A stretch of 64,000 bases of DNA from Octopus sinensis (lineage: Eukaryota), in assembly GCF_006345805.1 (NCBI RefSeq), contig NC_043003.1, positions 46,004,001 through 46,068,000 of the forward strand, given 5' to 3'. Within the stretch, counting starts at the first letter, position 1; every line of letters starts with the position of its first letter. Of the stretch, positions 1 to 14,171 are shown one piece after another. Made by a program: the position numbers and the translations under genes. Below the pieces are notes generated by a model. It saw only the letters and a list, made by a program, of their open reading frames with translations. It ran no database searches and was not told the origin of the DNA.

Positions 1-639
1 TAAACAGGAAAATAAATTGATATATGAGGTGTGCTGAAAAGTTACTGGCTTTAAGGTTTTCGCGAAACTCTATAGGCCCAAACTTGAGAGTTATTTGACA
101 GGGCTTAGAGAAACTGTATGACTGCTGCAATAAGTCTGAGAGGGAAATGTGTTGAATAAAGTCATAAATAAGTGATTCTCCTGTATTTTCTTTTGCCTAA
201 AGCCAGGAACTTTTCAGCTTTCCTCGTGTATATCTTCGTGTATGTGTTTATGTGCGTGTTTGAGTGCGTGTAATTTTTTGTGTACATGTATGTATCACAT
301 ATACATATACTATTAAATTGCTCGTTCATCAGCACTACATCCAACCCATCTAACCAACAATATATGTTGGGATATTATGAAATACGATGGGTTGATTGAG
401 GTGCTGAAGAAACAGTAATAACCTTTGAAATATGCATATACACACATTGCATTTTATTTCTATTTTCGATCTCATTGTTTACATAGACGTATTCATTCAG
501 GAAACGTCGTAACTCCTAGTGTTGGCTCTGAATTCCCAAGAAAATAAATAGATGGAGCGAAACAGAAATATACACATGCAATATATAAAAATCTATGTGA
601 GTGTGTGTGCGCTTTTTCCTGCATGTATGTGTGAGTTTG

Positions 640-1075
640 CCTTTGTGTAAGTATATAACAAATAAAATGAGACAACAAAACCAAGGCTGAGAGGGATTTA
701 TAGGACGTTTATAAACAGAAAAGTAGTCTTACAGCTGTTTCTGGGATATTAGGGATATCCCTTCATGAGAGACGATATGAGAGAGTTAGCTTGAGAGAAA
801 TACTTGAGTTCAATATAAGGAGTGATTTTGTAAGTGCTACCGCCTCACCTGCCATTTTGGATCATCTGGATACCAATAACTCCCATATATATATATATAT
901 ATATATCAAGGAGTTGCGTTAGAGAAACAGACAGCCAAGAAGTTGGTCATGATTTTGGGGGTTTTGTTTCTTTGGTTTTTCTCCTCGCAAATTTAAATTA
1001 TTATCAGGTGCTATTACAATCTACTACTCAATAAATACAGCTCCAACAAATTGAATGCTACTTCCGTTCGTTTAT
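640..1075 (-). mobile_element. Probable PLE 3' remnant carrying the 726-773 hammerhead, split by (TA)n at ~885-905
   Basis: Upstream minus-strand frame EAVALTKSLLILNSSISLKLTL weakly resembles PLE endonuclease C-termini; hammerhead follows. Confidence 0.4.
726..773 (-). ncRNA. Degenerate type I hammerhead motif (G5C, CUCAUGA)
   Basis: Minus strand: GTCT CTCATGA A GGGATAT CCCTA ATATCCC A GAAAC AGCT GTA AGAC. 7-bp stem II, palindromic ACAGCTGT stem III, 4-bp stem I. Confidence 0.65.
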
Positions 1076-1090
1076 TCACTATCTGTTATG

Positions 1091-1121
<31 letters not shown>

Positions 1122-1132
1122 TTATATATATA

Positions 1133-1175
<43 letters not shown>

Positions 1176-1339
1176 TATATATGTCTGTATGTATATTTAT
1201 ATATGTATGTATATATATGTATGATGTATATATGTATGTATGTATGTATTTGTATGTATTTGTATGTATATATGTATGCATATATATGTATTATGTATAT
1301 GTATGTATGTATGTATGTATATATATATATGTATGTATG

Positions 1340-1393
<54 letters not shown>

Positions 1394-1466
1394 TATGTAT
1401 GTATGTATATATATGTATATATGAATATAGACAGACATACATATAGGTAGATAGATAGATAAATAA

Positions 1467-1544
<78 letters not shown>

Positions 1545-1841
1545 GTAGATAGATGTCCCTACACAGGGACAATCAGAGGGAGCAGTGTGTCAGTACATGC
1601 TACGCCTAAAAAGCACACACTTCTGACAATACGACTGTCGTTGTGACAATTTACTGAGGAAAGAGTCATACGTGATGCATGAGAATAGTGAAGACATTCT
1701 ACTGATTCTTGTCACATTACTGTTATGTTGCCACCTATATTGTGAACATCCAGTTCATATACTAACGAGCTACACAATCGCTAAAACTAGTCACATGCAA
1801 AAACACATACGTACATTAACATATACATATGTTTCCAAGCG

Positions 1842-1879
<38 letters not shown>

Positions 1880-1995
1880 ATTATATGTCTGTCTATCTGT
1901 CTAGCAAGCTATCTATCTTCGTATCTATCTATTTATTGATCTATCTATGTATGTAAATTTGTATGTATGTATGTATGTATTATGTATGCATGTAT

Positions 1996-2037
<42 letters not shown>

Positions 2038-2269
2038 TATATATATATAATAGTTTGAACCTCGCCAAGAAAAATATTTAAACCACCTGATGAATGACTG
2101 CGACTCAAAAATTTGAAGATGTTAGCAGGCATGAACGATCGTAGTATGATATTAATTATATTTTTTTAATAATTTTGTTATATATTTAAATAATAAAATT
2201 AATCATATGTATTGGCTTAAGTTTTTTTCATTGTTTGATTTGCCTAATAGTGGTTTTGTCTCTAATTTA

Positions 2270-2328
<59 letters not shown>

Positions 2329-3044
2329 TTCTGTCTGTCTATCTATCTATTTATCTACATAACTACATGCGTAAATACACGTATGTGTCTGTATATATAT
2401 ATACAGCGATACCTATACACACTATAATAATTTATATATGCGGTACTCCAGCATGGCCATAGCCAAAGGACTGGAACGTATGAAAGAATATAGGGGGTTG
2501 CCAAAAGTTACCCGACAGTAAATCAAAATTACATAAATTTTTAATATTCAATTTTATTTATTCTTTTACCAATTAAGAATATTTAATGTTTGAATGCTGT
2601 GAGTTAAAAATCAGTGGGTCTTTTTTTTTTTTTCAGCATTTGTCTATTTATTGGCCAAGTCTCATATAAAATATTTTTGTTTTACTCTTGGTATTAAATG
2701 GGTTTTGATTTACTTTCAGGTAACTTATGGCCAACCCTGTATGTGTGTGTGTGTGGCTGCAACATTGCCGCTGTCAAATGACTGAAACAAGTAAATAAAT
2801 ATATATATATAAACATTTTTTTTTTTCATTTATTAGAAGCATAGAAAATGTGTATTCTACGATAAAAATAAAATACAAATTTTCGCACGCGGAGTTGCTG
2901 TTAGAACAGCACAAATACTAGGAAAATTACTCTTACAAGGCGGTAAAATTTCTCAACAACAACCAATGAGACTAGAACAAATAACCATCAAAGACTCCGG
3001 CTGAGTCTTAACATTAAGCTAAACTGCCCACTGTTTTATCTCTA

Positions 3045-3081
<37 letters not shown>

Positions 3082-3264
3082 TATATAATAGATAGATAGA
3101 TAGAATAGATAGATAGTTAGATAGATAGATATTATATATACATCTATGTATATATATGTATATATATATACATGTATATTTATATATACATGTATATATA
3201 TACATGTTGTATATATATATATATATATACATATATCATGTGTATAGTTATATAGGTATATAAT

Positions 3265-3309
<45 letters not shown>

Positions 3310-3324
3310 AATGAAGCCGGTCCT

Positions 3325-3495
3325 ATGTGTCTGTGTGTGGGTGTATGTAATTGCTGGTGTGTTTGCCTCCCCGTAACTTAGCGGTTCGGCAAAAGAAATC
3401 AATGAAGTAAGTACTAAGCTTACAAAATCAATTTGTTCGACTAAAGACGGTGCTCCAGCATGGCTGCAGTTAATTGACTGAAACAAGGAAAAGAG
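3325..3495 (+). mobile_element. SINE family A 3' fragment; similar tails at ~2445-2490, 2750-2800, 38440-38480, 40190-40285 (-), 42355-42545
   Basis: cgtaacttagcggttcggcaaaag...ggtgctccagcatggctgcagttaattgactgaaac. Confidence 0.75.
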
Positions 3496-3699
3496 TATTG
3501 TGGTTGTCTACTGCTTATGGAGAGTTTGACCACCTCTTGTACTTAGACCTTTGATGCATCATGGTGTCTGATATGGCGTGGCTTTCTGAACCAGACAATT
3601 TATTAAAAAGACACCGACATAGATTGCATATCTGATTTGGACCACAAGCAACTGCGGTTAAGTTCTGAACTTTGCGCGTCTTAAAATGTCTGTTTATAC

Positions 3700-3742
<43 letters not shown>

Positions 3743-3745
3743 ATA

Positions 3746-3782
<37 letters not shown>

Positions 3783-3786
<4 letters not shown>

Positions 3787-4000
3787 TTGCATAGAAAGTT
3801 AATTCAAACATGAAAGCACAAATAGAAAACCGCAACAACGCGAGGACGTGGAACAAGTATGATTTATTGACGCTCATGAAAGAAGGTGGATTTAACGTTT
3901 CGAGCGGAGCTCTTCGCCAGAACCATAGAAAAGGAAAGATAGAAGGAAGGGAAAACGGAGGAAAAAAAATCGCAACGCTACACACGCGGTCAATAATATG
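3783..4000 (-). mobile_element. PLE pLTR fragment with hammerhead at 3891-3925 (CUGGCGA)
   Basis: Minus strand TATGGTT CTGGCGA A GAGC TCC GCTC GAAAC GTT AAATCCA; flanked by (TA)n. Confidence 0.68.
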
Positions 4001-4350
4001 TGTGTGTATCGTATGTGTATATATATATACTATATATATATATATATATATCTATATATCTATATATATATATATTATATATAATACATAAATAAAAACA
4101 CAAGGGATAAATCCAAAATTTACAGTCAGAAGTGGCGGTTTATTTAGCTCTTTATATTAGAATATTTTATGTATTGCAAAAAGTCTTTCCACGTGTTTGC
4201 AAAATAGTGCGTTTGTATCTCGATATATACTATTATATATATATATAATATATAATATATATTATATACAAATACAGTATGGCTATATATATATTATATT
4301 TGTATGTATTGTATATATGTTTGTTATGCATACACATATATGATACATAG

Positions 4351-4384
<34 letters not shown>

Positions 4385-4410
4385 CACACATATAGATATA
4401 ACGTGTATAC

Positions 4411-4469
<59 letters not shown>

Positions 4470-4475
4470 TACAAT

Positions 4476-4700
4476 ATTTGCATAGAAGTTAATTCAAACA
4501 TGAACGCACAAATAGAAAACGCAACAACGCGAGGACGTGGAACAAGTATGATGTTATTGGACGCTCATGAAAGAAGGTGGTTTAACGTTTCGAGCGGAGC
4601 TCTTCGCCAAACCATAGAAACAAGGAAAGATGAAGGAAGGGAAAACGGAGGAAAAAAAATCGGCAACGCTACACACGGGGCGGTCACTAATATTTGTGTG
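4476..4700 (-). mobile_element. Duplicate PLE pLTR fragment with hammerhead at 4579-4613
   Basis: Direct repeat of 3783-4000; stem I TGGTTT/AAACCA is perfect, core is missing CT. Confidence 0.62.
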
Positions 4701-4930
4701 GCGTATGTTTAAATCTATATATATATTATATATATATATTATTATATATATATATAGTATATATATATATATAATATATACATAAAACAAAACCAGGGAA
4801 CAAACCAAATTTTACAAGTATGTTGTGGCGGTTTATTTATTTTTAATAGAAGAACCATTTAGGTAAGGATTAAGGAAAATCCTTCGCAACGCTGTTTTGG
4901 CAAAATATGTGTTTATATAAATCTAGATTA

Positions 4931-4962
<32 letters not shown>

Positions 4963-5042
4963 ATATAAATAATTTATATATATTTATAATTAGATTTTTT
5001 ATGTATTGATTAATGTTTTTATTGTTATATACAAAACATATC

Positions 5043-5087
<45 letters not shown>

Positions 5088-5400
5088 CACACATATAGAT
5101 ATACTGTATACATATATATATTATACATACTATATATATGTATAATGTATGTACCATATATACAATTGTACACAATCACACATACGCACACACACACACA
5201 TATAGATACATAGATAGATAGATAGATAGCTAAATAGATAGATAGATAGATAGATATATACACACACTTATATATATGTAGGTATGTATGTATATAAACA
5301 CATTGAAGCATGTATATACGCGTGTTGATACACACATACATACTTGCATCGATACATACGTAGAACTATCCATCCATCCATACATACATACACACACACA

Positions 5401-5432
<32 letters not shown>

Positions 5433-5997
5433 AAGTATTTGTCACTTGTTGTTACAAACGTAACACAAAAGTGTCTCTGGAGAGATGTGGACATGAAATT
5501 AAAGGCGATGGCGTTTATTTAGATTTTGACAACTCCTTGTTATTCACGTGCATCAAAAACGTTTAGTCCTTTTATAACACATTTCTATGCATAGTTTTTT
5601 TTTGCATGCATACATTCATGTACGTGTGCGTGCGTGTATGTATACATACATATGTATTTGCCTAAGTGTTTGTTTAGGTATATATACATATACATATATG
5701 TGTACTCGTACGCAAAAGAAGTTTACTATAGTAAATCAATCTATCGAGTGAGGTTTACTTCATGTATGTATTTATTATATTTTGTGTGTGTTTATAAGTT
5801 TGTATGTATCTATGTATGTATTATGTATGCATTCATGCATGTATGTATGCATGCATGTATGTATCTATGTATCAATGTATCTTTGTATCTATGTATGTAT
5901 GCATGTATATGTATGTATGAATGTATGCTTGTATGTTACATGCATAATATATTACCTTGTATGTTTGTTTTAATATGTATATAAATATATATATATA

Positions 5998-6040
<43 letters not shown>

Positions 6041-6201
6041 TATAATACACACATATGTTGACGCGCAGGGGTTTATGAAAGACAGAAAGAAGTACTCAAT
6101 ATACAACAGTATAATGTATGCATTTTTGAACAATGATGCCCTCACTTTGTAGTTTTCTGACTTCACATTTTAGTCTTTGTATGCATGTAGTTATGTTTGT
6201 G

Positions 6202-6257
<56 letters not shown>

Positions 6258-6345
6258 GTATGTATGTATGTATGTATGTATGTATGTATGTACGTATGTA
6301 TGAATTATTATGTATGTATGTATGTATGTATTATTAAGGCGCGGC

Positions 6346-6760
6346 AATCTGGCGGAATCATAAGAACGCGAGAAGAAACGCTTAGCTGTGTTCCGTCTTC
6401 TGCTTCGTTGTGAGTTCAAACTACGCCCAGTTTGACTGTGCCTTTCATCCTTTAGGGTCCGATGAAATAAGTACCAGTTGAGTGCTGGGGTCGATGTAAT
6501 CGACTGGTCCCCCTACCCCAAATATGAAGGCTTGTGTCTTCAGCCGAAAAGATCCTTAAGGCGGTGCTCGGGCACAATCGTTATCACACCGGTATTTCGC
6601 CAGACGCTACAATCTGACTTCAAATTCAGCCGAGGTCGACCTTGCCCTTCATCCTTTCGGTATTGATAAAATAAGTACCAGTTAAACACTGGGGCCGGTG
6701 TAATCGACTTATCCTTTTCCCTGAAATGGCAGTTCTTGTACCAAAATTTGAAACCGTTAT
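6346..6760 (+). mobile_element. Two tandem SINE family B copies
   Basis: aaggcgcggcaatctggcggaatc...; ttcaaattcagccgaggtcgaccttgcccttcatcctttcgg. Confidence 0.78.
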
Positions 6761-6776
6761 TATATTATTATTGTTA

Positions 6777-6856
<80 letters not shown>

Positions 6857-9675
6857 CTGAAGCTACTGAAATCGTCAATACGAATATTCTGCTGCAGATT
6901 ATTTAAACACCAATAATATCTACAATCTGTACTTTACGTATTCACTACTTTTCCTTTTTTGATGTACCTTCTCCTTACTGAAGTATCCGATAGCTTACTT
7001 GCAATGTGTAAGCCTTGATCTCACGGAGAAACAGAATGCGTCCCTGTGTGTATATATCCGCATGTATTCAGATATGTGTGTATGTATGTATGTGTGTGTG
7101 TGTTTGCGTATAGACACATACGTACCTGGATATGAATATAAATGTATATATGTATGTACGTATGTATATATGTATGTACGTATGTATATATGTATGTACG
7201 TATGTATATATGTATGAATGCATGTACGTATGTATATCTATATGTACCTGTGCGTGTGTATTCTCTTTCGACGTTTTGATATACATATGCACTCTCGGGT
7301 ATGTTTCTTTTCTTGTTTTTCTTTTATTCTAGTCTCTGTTTTTATTTATCATTCTGCAGCCATTATGTGGAGCCGCTTTCATGTGCTTTCGTCGATTATA
7401 TCGACCATAGCACTTTAAACAATTTGTTAGAAGGCGGAGTCAGTGACTATGTCAAGTGGATAGAACATGATTAAATCGGATGTGTAACGGAGAGGGTGCT
7501 ATATACCACTTTGTTCTCTAGAATAGTAGATAACGTTGAACTTCATAACTGAGCAAGCGCATTATCGCTGTATTGGCAGAAACGCTAGAACATCAGGAAA
7601 ATAACCTGGCGATATTTTTTTTGCTTTTCCAGTCTATTTAAATCTGGGCTCAAACCCCGACGGAATCAATTTTACCTTTCATCTCTGTCGGATCGGTAAT
7701 ATAAAGTACGTCAGGAAACCAGTGGTTAATTGTGTTTGTTGAAGATAGAAACTTCGTCAATAAGTTCGATGGTCATTTTTTTTCTTTTTCGGATGGATAT
7801 TCTCTGATATTCTTTTCTTATATTCTTATCAGCAATATCACCGAATAAGTAATCAGTTTATTATTAATTTCGCTAATCTCATGTTTAGTGAAATGAAAGA
7901 TTTTTTAATTAGCAAAAGAAAACCGCTTGAAGATATATGCTAAATGCAACAGAGTGTAATATGAACAAATGAAATTATTTAAGAATCCACAATTTTCCTC
8001 TTTTTTTTTCTTTACCGATTGACGACCATGAATTGAACGAAATAAGCAGAAAGTAATCACAGTTTAATTATGATGAGAGTAGAAAGTGAATAACAATGTT
8101 TCTCTATTTAAATCTTAGAGAAGTATTCTAATATAGATACGAAAGCGTTAAAAATTAGTTTACATTATACTGCTACTTTTACGTACGCATGCATACATAG
8201 TAGCATATGAAACACTTCTGAAAAATGCTGAAATACAGAAGTGTAAAAATGGAATGGTATGAATGTGTATTTATGGAAAATTTCACCGAATATTCTTGTA
8301 TTGTTTTCCTTTACATGTAGTGCATGCATTCCATTGCAGCATTTCTTTATAAAGATATTTCACATTAATTATATATTTGGCTTCACTTAAAAATATACTA
8401 TGTCACAAAAAATGTATTTTTAAGAAGTGTGTTGCCGATATGACAAATTTGCAACGTTTTGTGGTGAATCTCCGTCGTTTCACGATGAGGATTCAGTTTT
8501 AAGATCAAATGTATTACTTGCTCCTGAATTAACATGCAAGTGGCTCAAAATCTAGACACGTTACTCATTAACGTAATTCTCCGGCAGAATCCACCCGATG
8601 GTCCACTCTATAGTTTCTGTCTACCCAGTTTTTTTGCTTTATTAACAAATTATTAGAACTGGTATTTGTGCAAGATTATTTACAGTGGAATCAAACAGGA
8701 AACATCTTGACTTCGAAGGGAACTTCTTGACGATTTGGCAAGATAATGTATTCTTGGATGCCGCAAAATGGAAAGCAAGATCACAGCGGGGATGTTTTCG
8801 TTCATATGGCTGTTGAATCAAGACTGACCAGTATCTACAACAACAACAACAAACAAATTCCAAGTCAGGTTGTCATTGATACGGCCCAAAAACTCACTTC
8901 CAGTGATGGCTTTCTTACGGTTGATGTTGCTTAACTACAACTCGAGCAGATCTATGATTAAAGGCATTTCCAGTCGTGCCCATCTTATCTTACTTTCATA
9001 GAAAAATAATCAAAGACGACTTTATTAATGAAAGGTCTTATCTTAGGGGGAATTAACTGCTATTTTTAGCTAGTAGAGTTACCACGTATTTGCTTCCAGT
9101 GTAATTCGGAGTCCTTCTTCTCATCGTTTTCTTCTCTCTACACTACAAAGAGAGCAAGACTACTGGTGATTATATGTTGATTGATGGAGAACTGATAGAC
9201 GAGGAAAAGAGGAAGGAGGAAGGAGTAAGTGAGAATAATAAGGACAGGGAGAAGAAGAAAGAAGCAAAACCGTTGAAGGAACATTCTATAGAGTTTCATA
9301 GAGAATAAATTTGCCTATCATAAGAAGAAGCGAATTGAATTCACATTTAAGAAAGGAAGTACAAGGGATATATATTTAGTAAGAAAGAGAGAAGGAGGAG
9401 TAGGAAAATAAAGGAAGTGGTAACATTGAAAGGGGCCCGAACAATATCGTGTGTATGAGAATGATAGCAACCGAAAGAGTATGAGCAATTTAAAATTACA
9501 TTCAGTTACTCTGTTCTATATGAAGTAATATGGAGAAGAATCGAGAGCTTTGCGTTGTAGTCGCCACCGTGAACGGTCAGAAATGGGAAGTCCGTTCATG
9601 ATAAATGAATTCGGTATGAATACGAGTATATGTTCATATTTCTATGAATGTTGCAATTAATATATACATATACGT

Positions 9676-9714
<39 letters not shown>

Positions 9715-9842
9715 CACACACACATATATATATATATACACACACACACATACATACACATATATATACACACATGCACGCTCACACAGATATCTGTGCA
9801 TATATTAAGTGTGTATGTATATGTAATATATATGTATATGTA

Positions 9843-9902
<60 letters not shown>

Positions 9903-10057
9903 TACGTATGTATCTCTACACGCACACGTATAATCTCTATATACATATATGTATTTACCTATATGTATATTATATAAGCATAATAAATATATATATATAT
10001 AGGTAAATGCATATATGTATATAGAGATACATACGTGTGTATATATAGATATATTAG

Positions 10058-10088
<31 letters not shown>

Positions 10089-10089
10089 G

Positions 10090-10156
<67 letters not shown>

Positions 10157-10257
10157 CACACACACACATATGTATTTATGAATGTGCGTGCGTGTTCGTG
10201 CGTGTGTGTATGATCGTATGTCTATATGTATTCATGTTTGCATTTCTTCTGGCAATG

Positions 10258-10312
<55 letters not shown>

Positions 10313-11353
10313 CATAATATGTGTGACATATATATATTCGTATATACAAATACATATTTGTATATGCACATACAAATGAATATATGTATATAAATATTTA
10401 TGTACAATATAATAATACGTGACAGTCTGTAAGTAGGAGGGAGTGCAAGTGTGTGTAGTTATGTGCGCGTGTGAGTGTGTATATATGTGTTCGGCGTTGG
10501 GTACAAAGTAGTGTTCGAGTCCAATTCTCTTCATTCATTTACAAAAGACGCCCATTCTTATCAATTCATAGAAGCGATAAATATTCAATTCCTACAATCA
10601 CACACACTCACACACGCACAGACAAACACATACACACACACACACACAAACACACTTAAGCTCGCACGCACAAACGGATTGTTGAGTCTTTGATAAGGAC
10701 GAGAATTATGACATGAAGAATTCACGTTAGTAGAGTATAAAAGACAGGCGTGTGTCAGGATCAGACAGAGATCAGAAGGATCCGAAGGACATAGAGTGAT
10801 CTCTAAGTGTTGCTTTGGTATAATATCTAACCTAATGTTTCACTTATGATTTGATCCGCTCGCGTTCTGCACAGCAACGCATTTCAGGACGAACATCCCA
10901 ATACCATTAACCGCCAAAAGGATCTCCTAAACCATTAACAACAGAATAGTCAGTTGTGTTATTGGAGAGAATGACAAACAAAGAACAGCAACAGAAAAAA
11001 AAAAAGAAAGCGATAAAGGATATTTGCAGCTGAAAGGCGGCCGGTACGCTTCGTGCAAAATGGCGAATCATTGCTTGTAGCTACAAAGGAGGATTTTGAC
11101 CGTACGTTGACCCTAACTCCGATGAATGAATGGTCGACCGACATATCATTTACATAGCTCTTTGCTAAGATGCAACTTCTTTATACACGTCGCCAACAAG
11201 TTCTCGAATGACGCACAGACATTCACACATATGTATAAAAGTGTGAATAACTGTGTATACAGTATATATACTTCTACACATGCATACAGGTACACACGCA
11301 CACACACACATATGTAGACAGAGAGCTACATATACACAATCATACCTATATGC

Positions 11354-11384
<31 letters not shown>

Positions 11385-11510
11385 CAAATATACATATTTA
11401 TATATGTGTGTATGTAATGAACTATATATAAATGTATTTATGCATAAGTATAATTATATATAAATGTATATATATATATATATATAATATATGTATGTAT
11501 ATATATATTA

Positions 11511-11555
<45 letters not shown>

Positions 11556-12108
11556 GAAACCATTAATCTATAAATGTTTTCTTACGTTCTTTGTGGTCGT
11601 CGTATTTGGTACAATATTCTTACAGTTCTATGTGAATATGTGGAGGTGGGTGGTTATATATCATTTTGTGTTTTAGTCTATATATGCGTGTTTATACACC
11701 TCTTTGCTGAGGCAATAACATATTTTTCTTAAATCGTTTATGCTTAATTTCTTTATAAAATTTGGCGACTCTGAACAAGAAATTAATGACAAGGTTTATC
11801 TATATCGACTTTTATTGATCTATTATTGGTATAGCTCGACCCATGAGGCGCAGCTTATATTTAAATGGAAATTCATAGAAGACTAAAACTATTAGTGTAT
11901 GTATGCATATGTGTGTGTGTATGCGTGTGTGTTTGTGTGTGTGTGTGTGTGTGAGTGTGTATGTGTGTGAATTTCAGTGCCGTTTATTTGAGAACCAACT
12001 CAGTTAATAGTGTTAAAAGTAAATATCAACAGTGTTGTGTAGGAAATGATGCCATTTATAGTAGTAGTTTGTACAATTTTTGAAAAAGAAATCAGATCGT
12101 AAATGGGA

Positions 12109-12552
12109 TATAGGCGTAGGAGTGGCTGTGTGGTAAGTTATAGGCGCTGGAGTGGCTGTGTGGTAAGTAGCTTGCTTACCAGTCACAGGGTTCCGGGTTC
12201 AGTCCCACTGCGTGGCACCTTGGGCAAGTGTCTTGTACTCTAACCTCGGGCCGACCAAAGCCTTGTGAGTGGATTTGGTAGATAGAAACTGAAAGAAGCC
12301 CGTCGCATATATGTATGAATATATATGTGTTGGTATATGTTTGTGTGTCTGTGTTTGTCCCCCCAACATCGCTTGACAATCGATGCTAGTGTATTTACGT
12401 CTCTGTAGCGTAGCGGTTCGGCAAAGAGACCGATAGAATAAGTACTAGGCTTACAAAGAATAAGTCCTGGGATCGATTTGCTCGACTAAAGGCAGTGCTT
12501 CAGTATGGTCACAGTCAAATGACTGAAACAAGTAAAAGAGTAAACGAGTAAA
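12109..12552 (+). mobile_element. tRNA-derived CORE-like SINE (family A), full length, with duplicated 30-bp head
   Basis: A box gtggctgtgtggtaag, B box gggttcagtccc, CORE-like ccttgggcaagtgtctt, internal microsatellite, tail cagtcaaatgactgaaacaagtaaaagag. Confidence 0.88.
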
Positions 12553-13270
12553 GGGAGTTGACAACGTTTTACGAAAAGTAATGGCGTAAATGTTTTCTTT
12601 CTTAAAGACACGAAACGGTTTGTCTGAGTTTTAGGTTTATGTTGCTTCGTGTAAAAGTTTTGCCTTTACTAAATTTTTATAATATCCTTGGTAAGACCTA
12701 GAGAAAAAAATATTGCTTCGGCAAAATGATAAAAAGTAAAACGGATGGATAGATTAACTGCCAAAAAGAGGAATTGAAGTCAGTCCCCCTCAAATTATTC
12801 TATGCTTTCCAATTGTTAATATGTGAGAATATATCTCTGTTTTTCCGAGAAAGAGCAGATTACGCGGTAAAAAACAAAACTTCACAGATACCAAAATGCT
12901 TGCAAAATCGCTTTCTCTCCCACTCTATGTCTCTTTTTATCTCTCTAACTCTCTCTCCACATACACGCACACACACTCACACACACACACACACACACAT
13001 ACACTCACACACACGCACACATATATATATATATACATAATGTCATAAATAATGTGAGACATGACAAAATTTATTTAACCAATTGGTTAAATAAATTCTA
13101 TAATACTATTTCTCTCACGTTATCTATAACTTTACATATTCCTTAAGTTTTTCTCTTGTACCTTACTATATTCTTTATGTCTTGTAGAATGATACATTAA
13201 GGAACATTTTAGGAGTACCACCGGGTTAGTTGAATCCGTATATTGTGACATATATATATATATATATATA

Positions 13271-13597
13271 TATTGTATTTGGGATGGTCATTTTTTTCTT
13301 TTTCTTTTTTGCCAAATAAATACACGTACTGTGTATATTTTTCCACTTGTTTATATCTATTCTTATTTTATTATTTTAATTCATGTCCATTGTACGGAAA
13401 TCTTAAGAACAAAATGGAGTAAGTGGAGCAAGAACACACACGAAACCGAAGTTCTCGCTGAAGTCACAGAGTTCCATACAATGGACATGAAGTAAAATAA
13501 TAAAATAAGAACAGTAATAAACGAGTGAAAAAATATTTAGTGCTTCTGTTTATTTGGCAAAAAAGAAAACAATTGACCACCCCGAAATGCAACAATA
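13271..13597. repeat. Imperfect inverted repeat (MITE-like or foldback)
   Basis: ttcatgtccattgta/tacaatggacatgaa, tttttgccaaataaa/tttatttggcaaaaa and gggatggtca/tgaccacccc pair in nested order. Confidence 0.6.
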
Positions 13598-14088
13598 TCT
13601 GGTTTCAACACACAATTTCACATCAGGAATCTTGCAAAACGAATTAATACACACACACACATACACGTAAATGTCGAACGAAAAATATCTTAATATCCTA
13701 GCAATATTTTGAAGCCGATCATATGGAGGAATGGAGGCGAACACCATTTTTCCATGTGATATTAGGGCATTTTTCTTAACATGAAACCAATGGTAGCCTT
13801 AATACACAAATAATATATATATATATCACGTTAATGACCAGACTATCGAAAGTTGTTATAAATCGCCGGTCACCATGCATTTCGCATTTTTTACCTTTGG
13901 AATGATGCCAATCCGTTAAAAGTTTTCCCTCTAAACATACGACTACACCGTCAGAGGCTTGCCGATTTCTTGCATACTGAAAATAATGCTACATAAAGAA
14001 AGTTGCGAAACAGCCGTAACTTATGGAAATCACTTGGGGAAATAAATAAACAAATATATATATATGTGCGTGTGTGTGTGTGTGTGTG

Positions 14089-14171
<83 letters not shown>

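Noticed and set aside
2080-2125. CTGATGA A TGA...TCA AAAA possible hammerhead relic
   Set aside because: No GAAA, no helix III and no stem I partner.
12139-12215. tRNA genes at SINE heads
   Set aside because: A/B boxes are present, but the cloverleaf is not completed and the sequence continues into SINE bodies.
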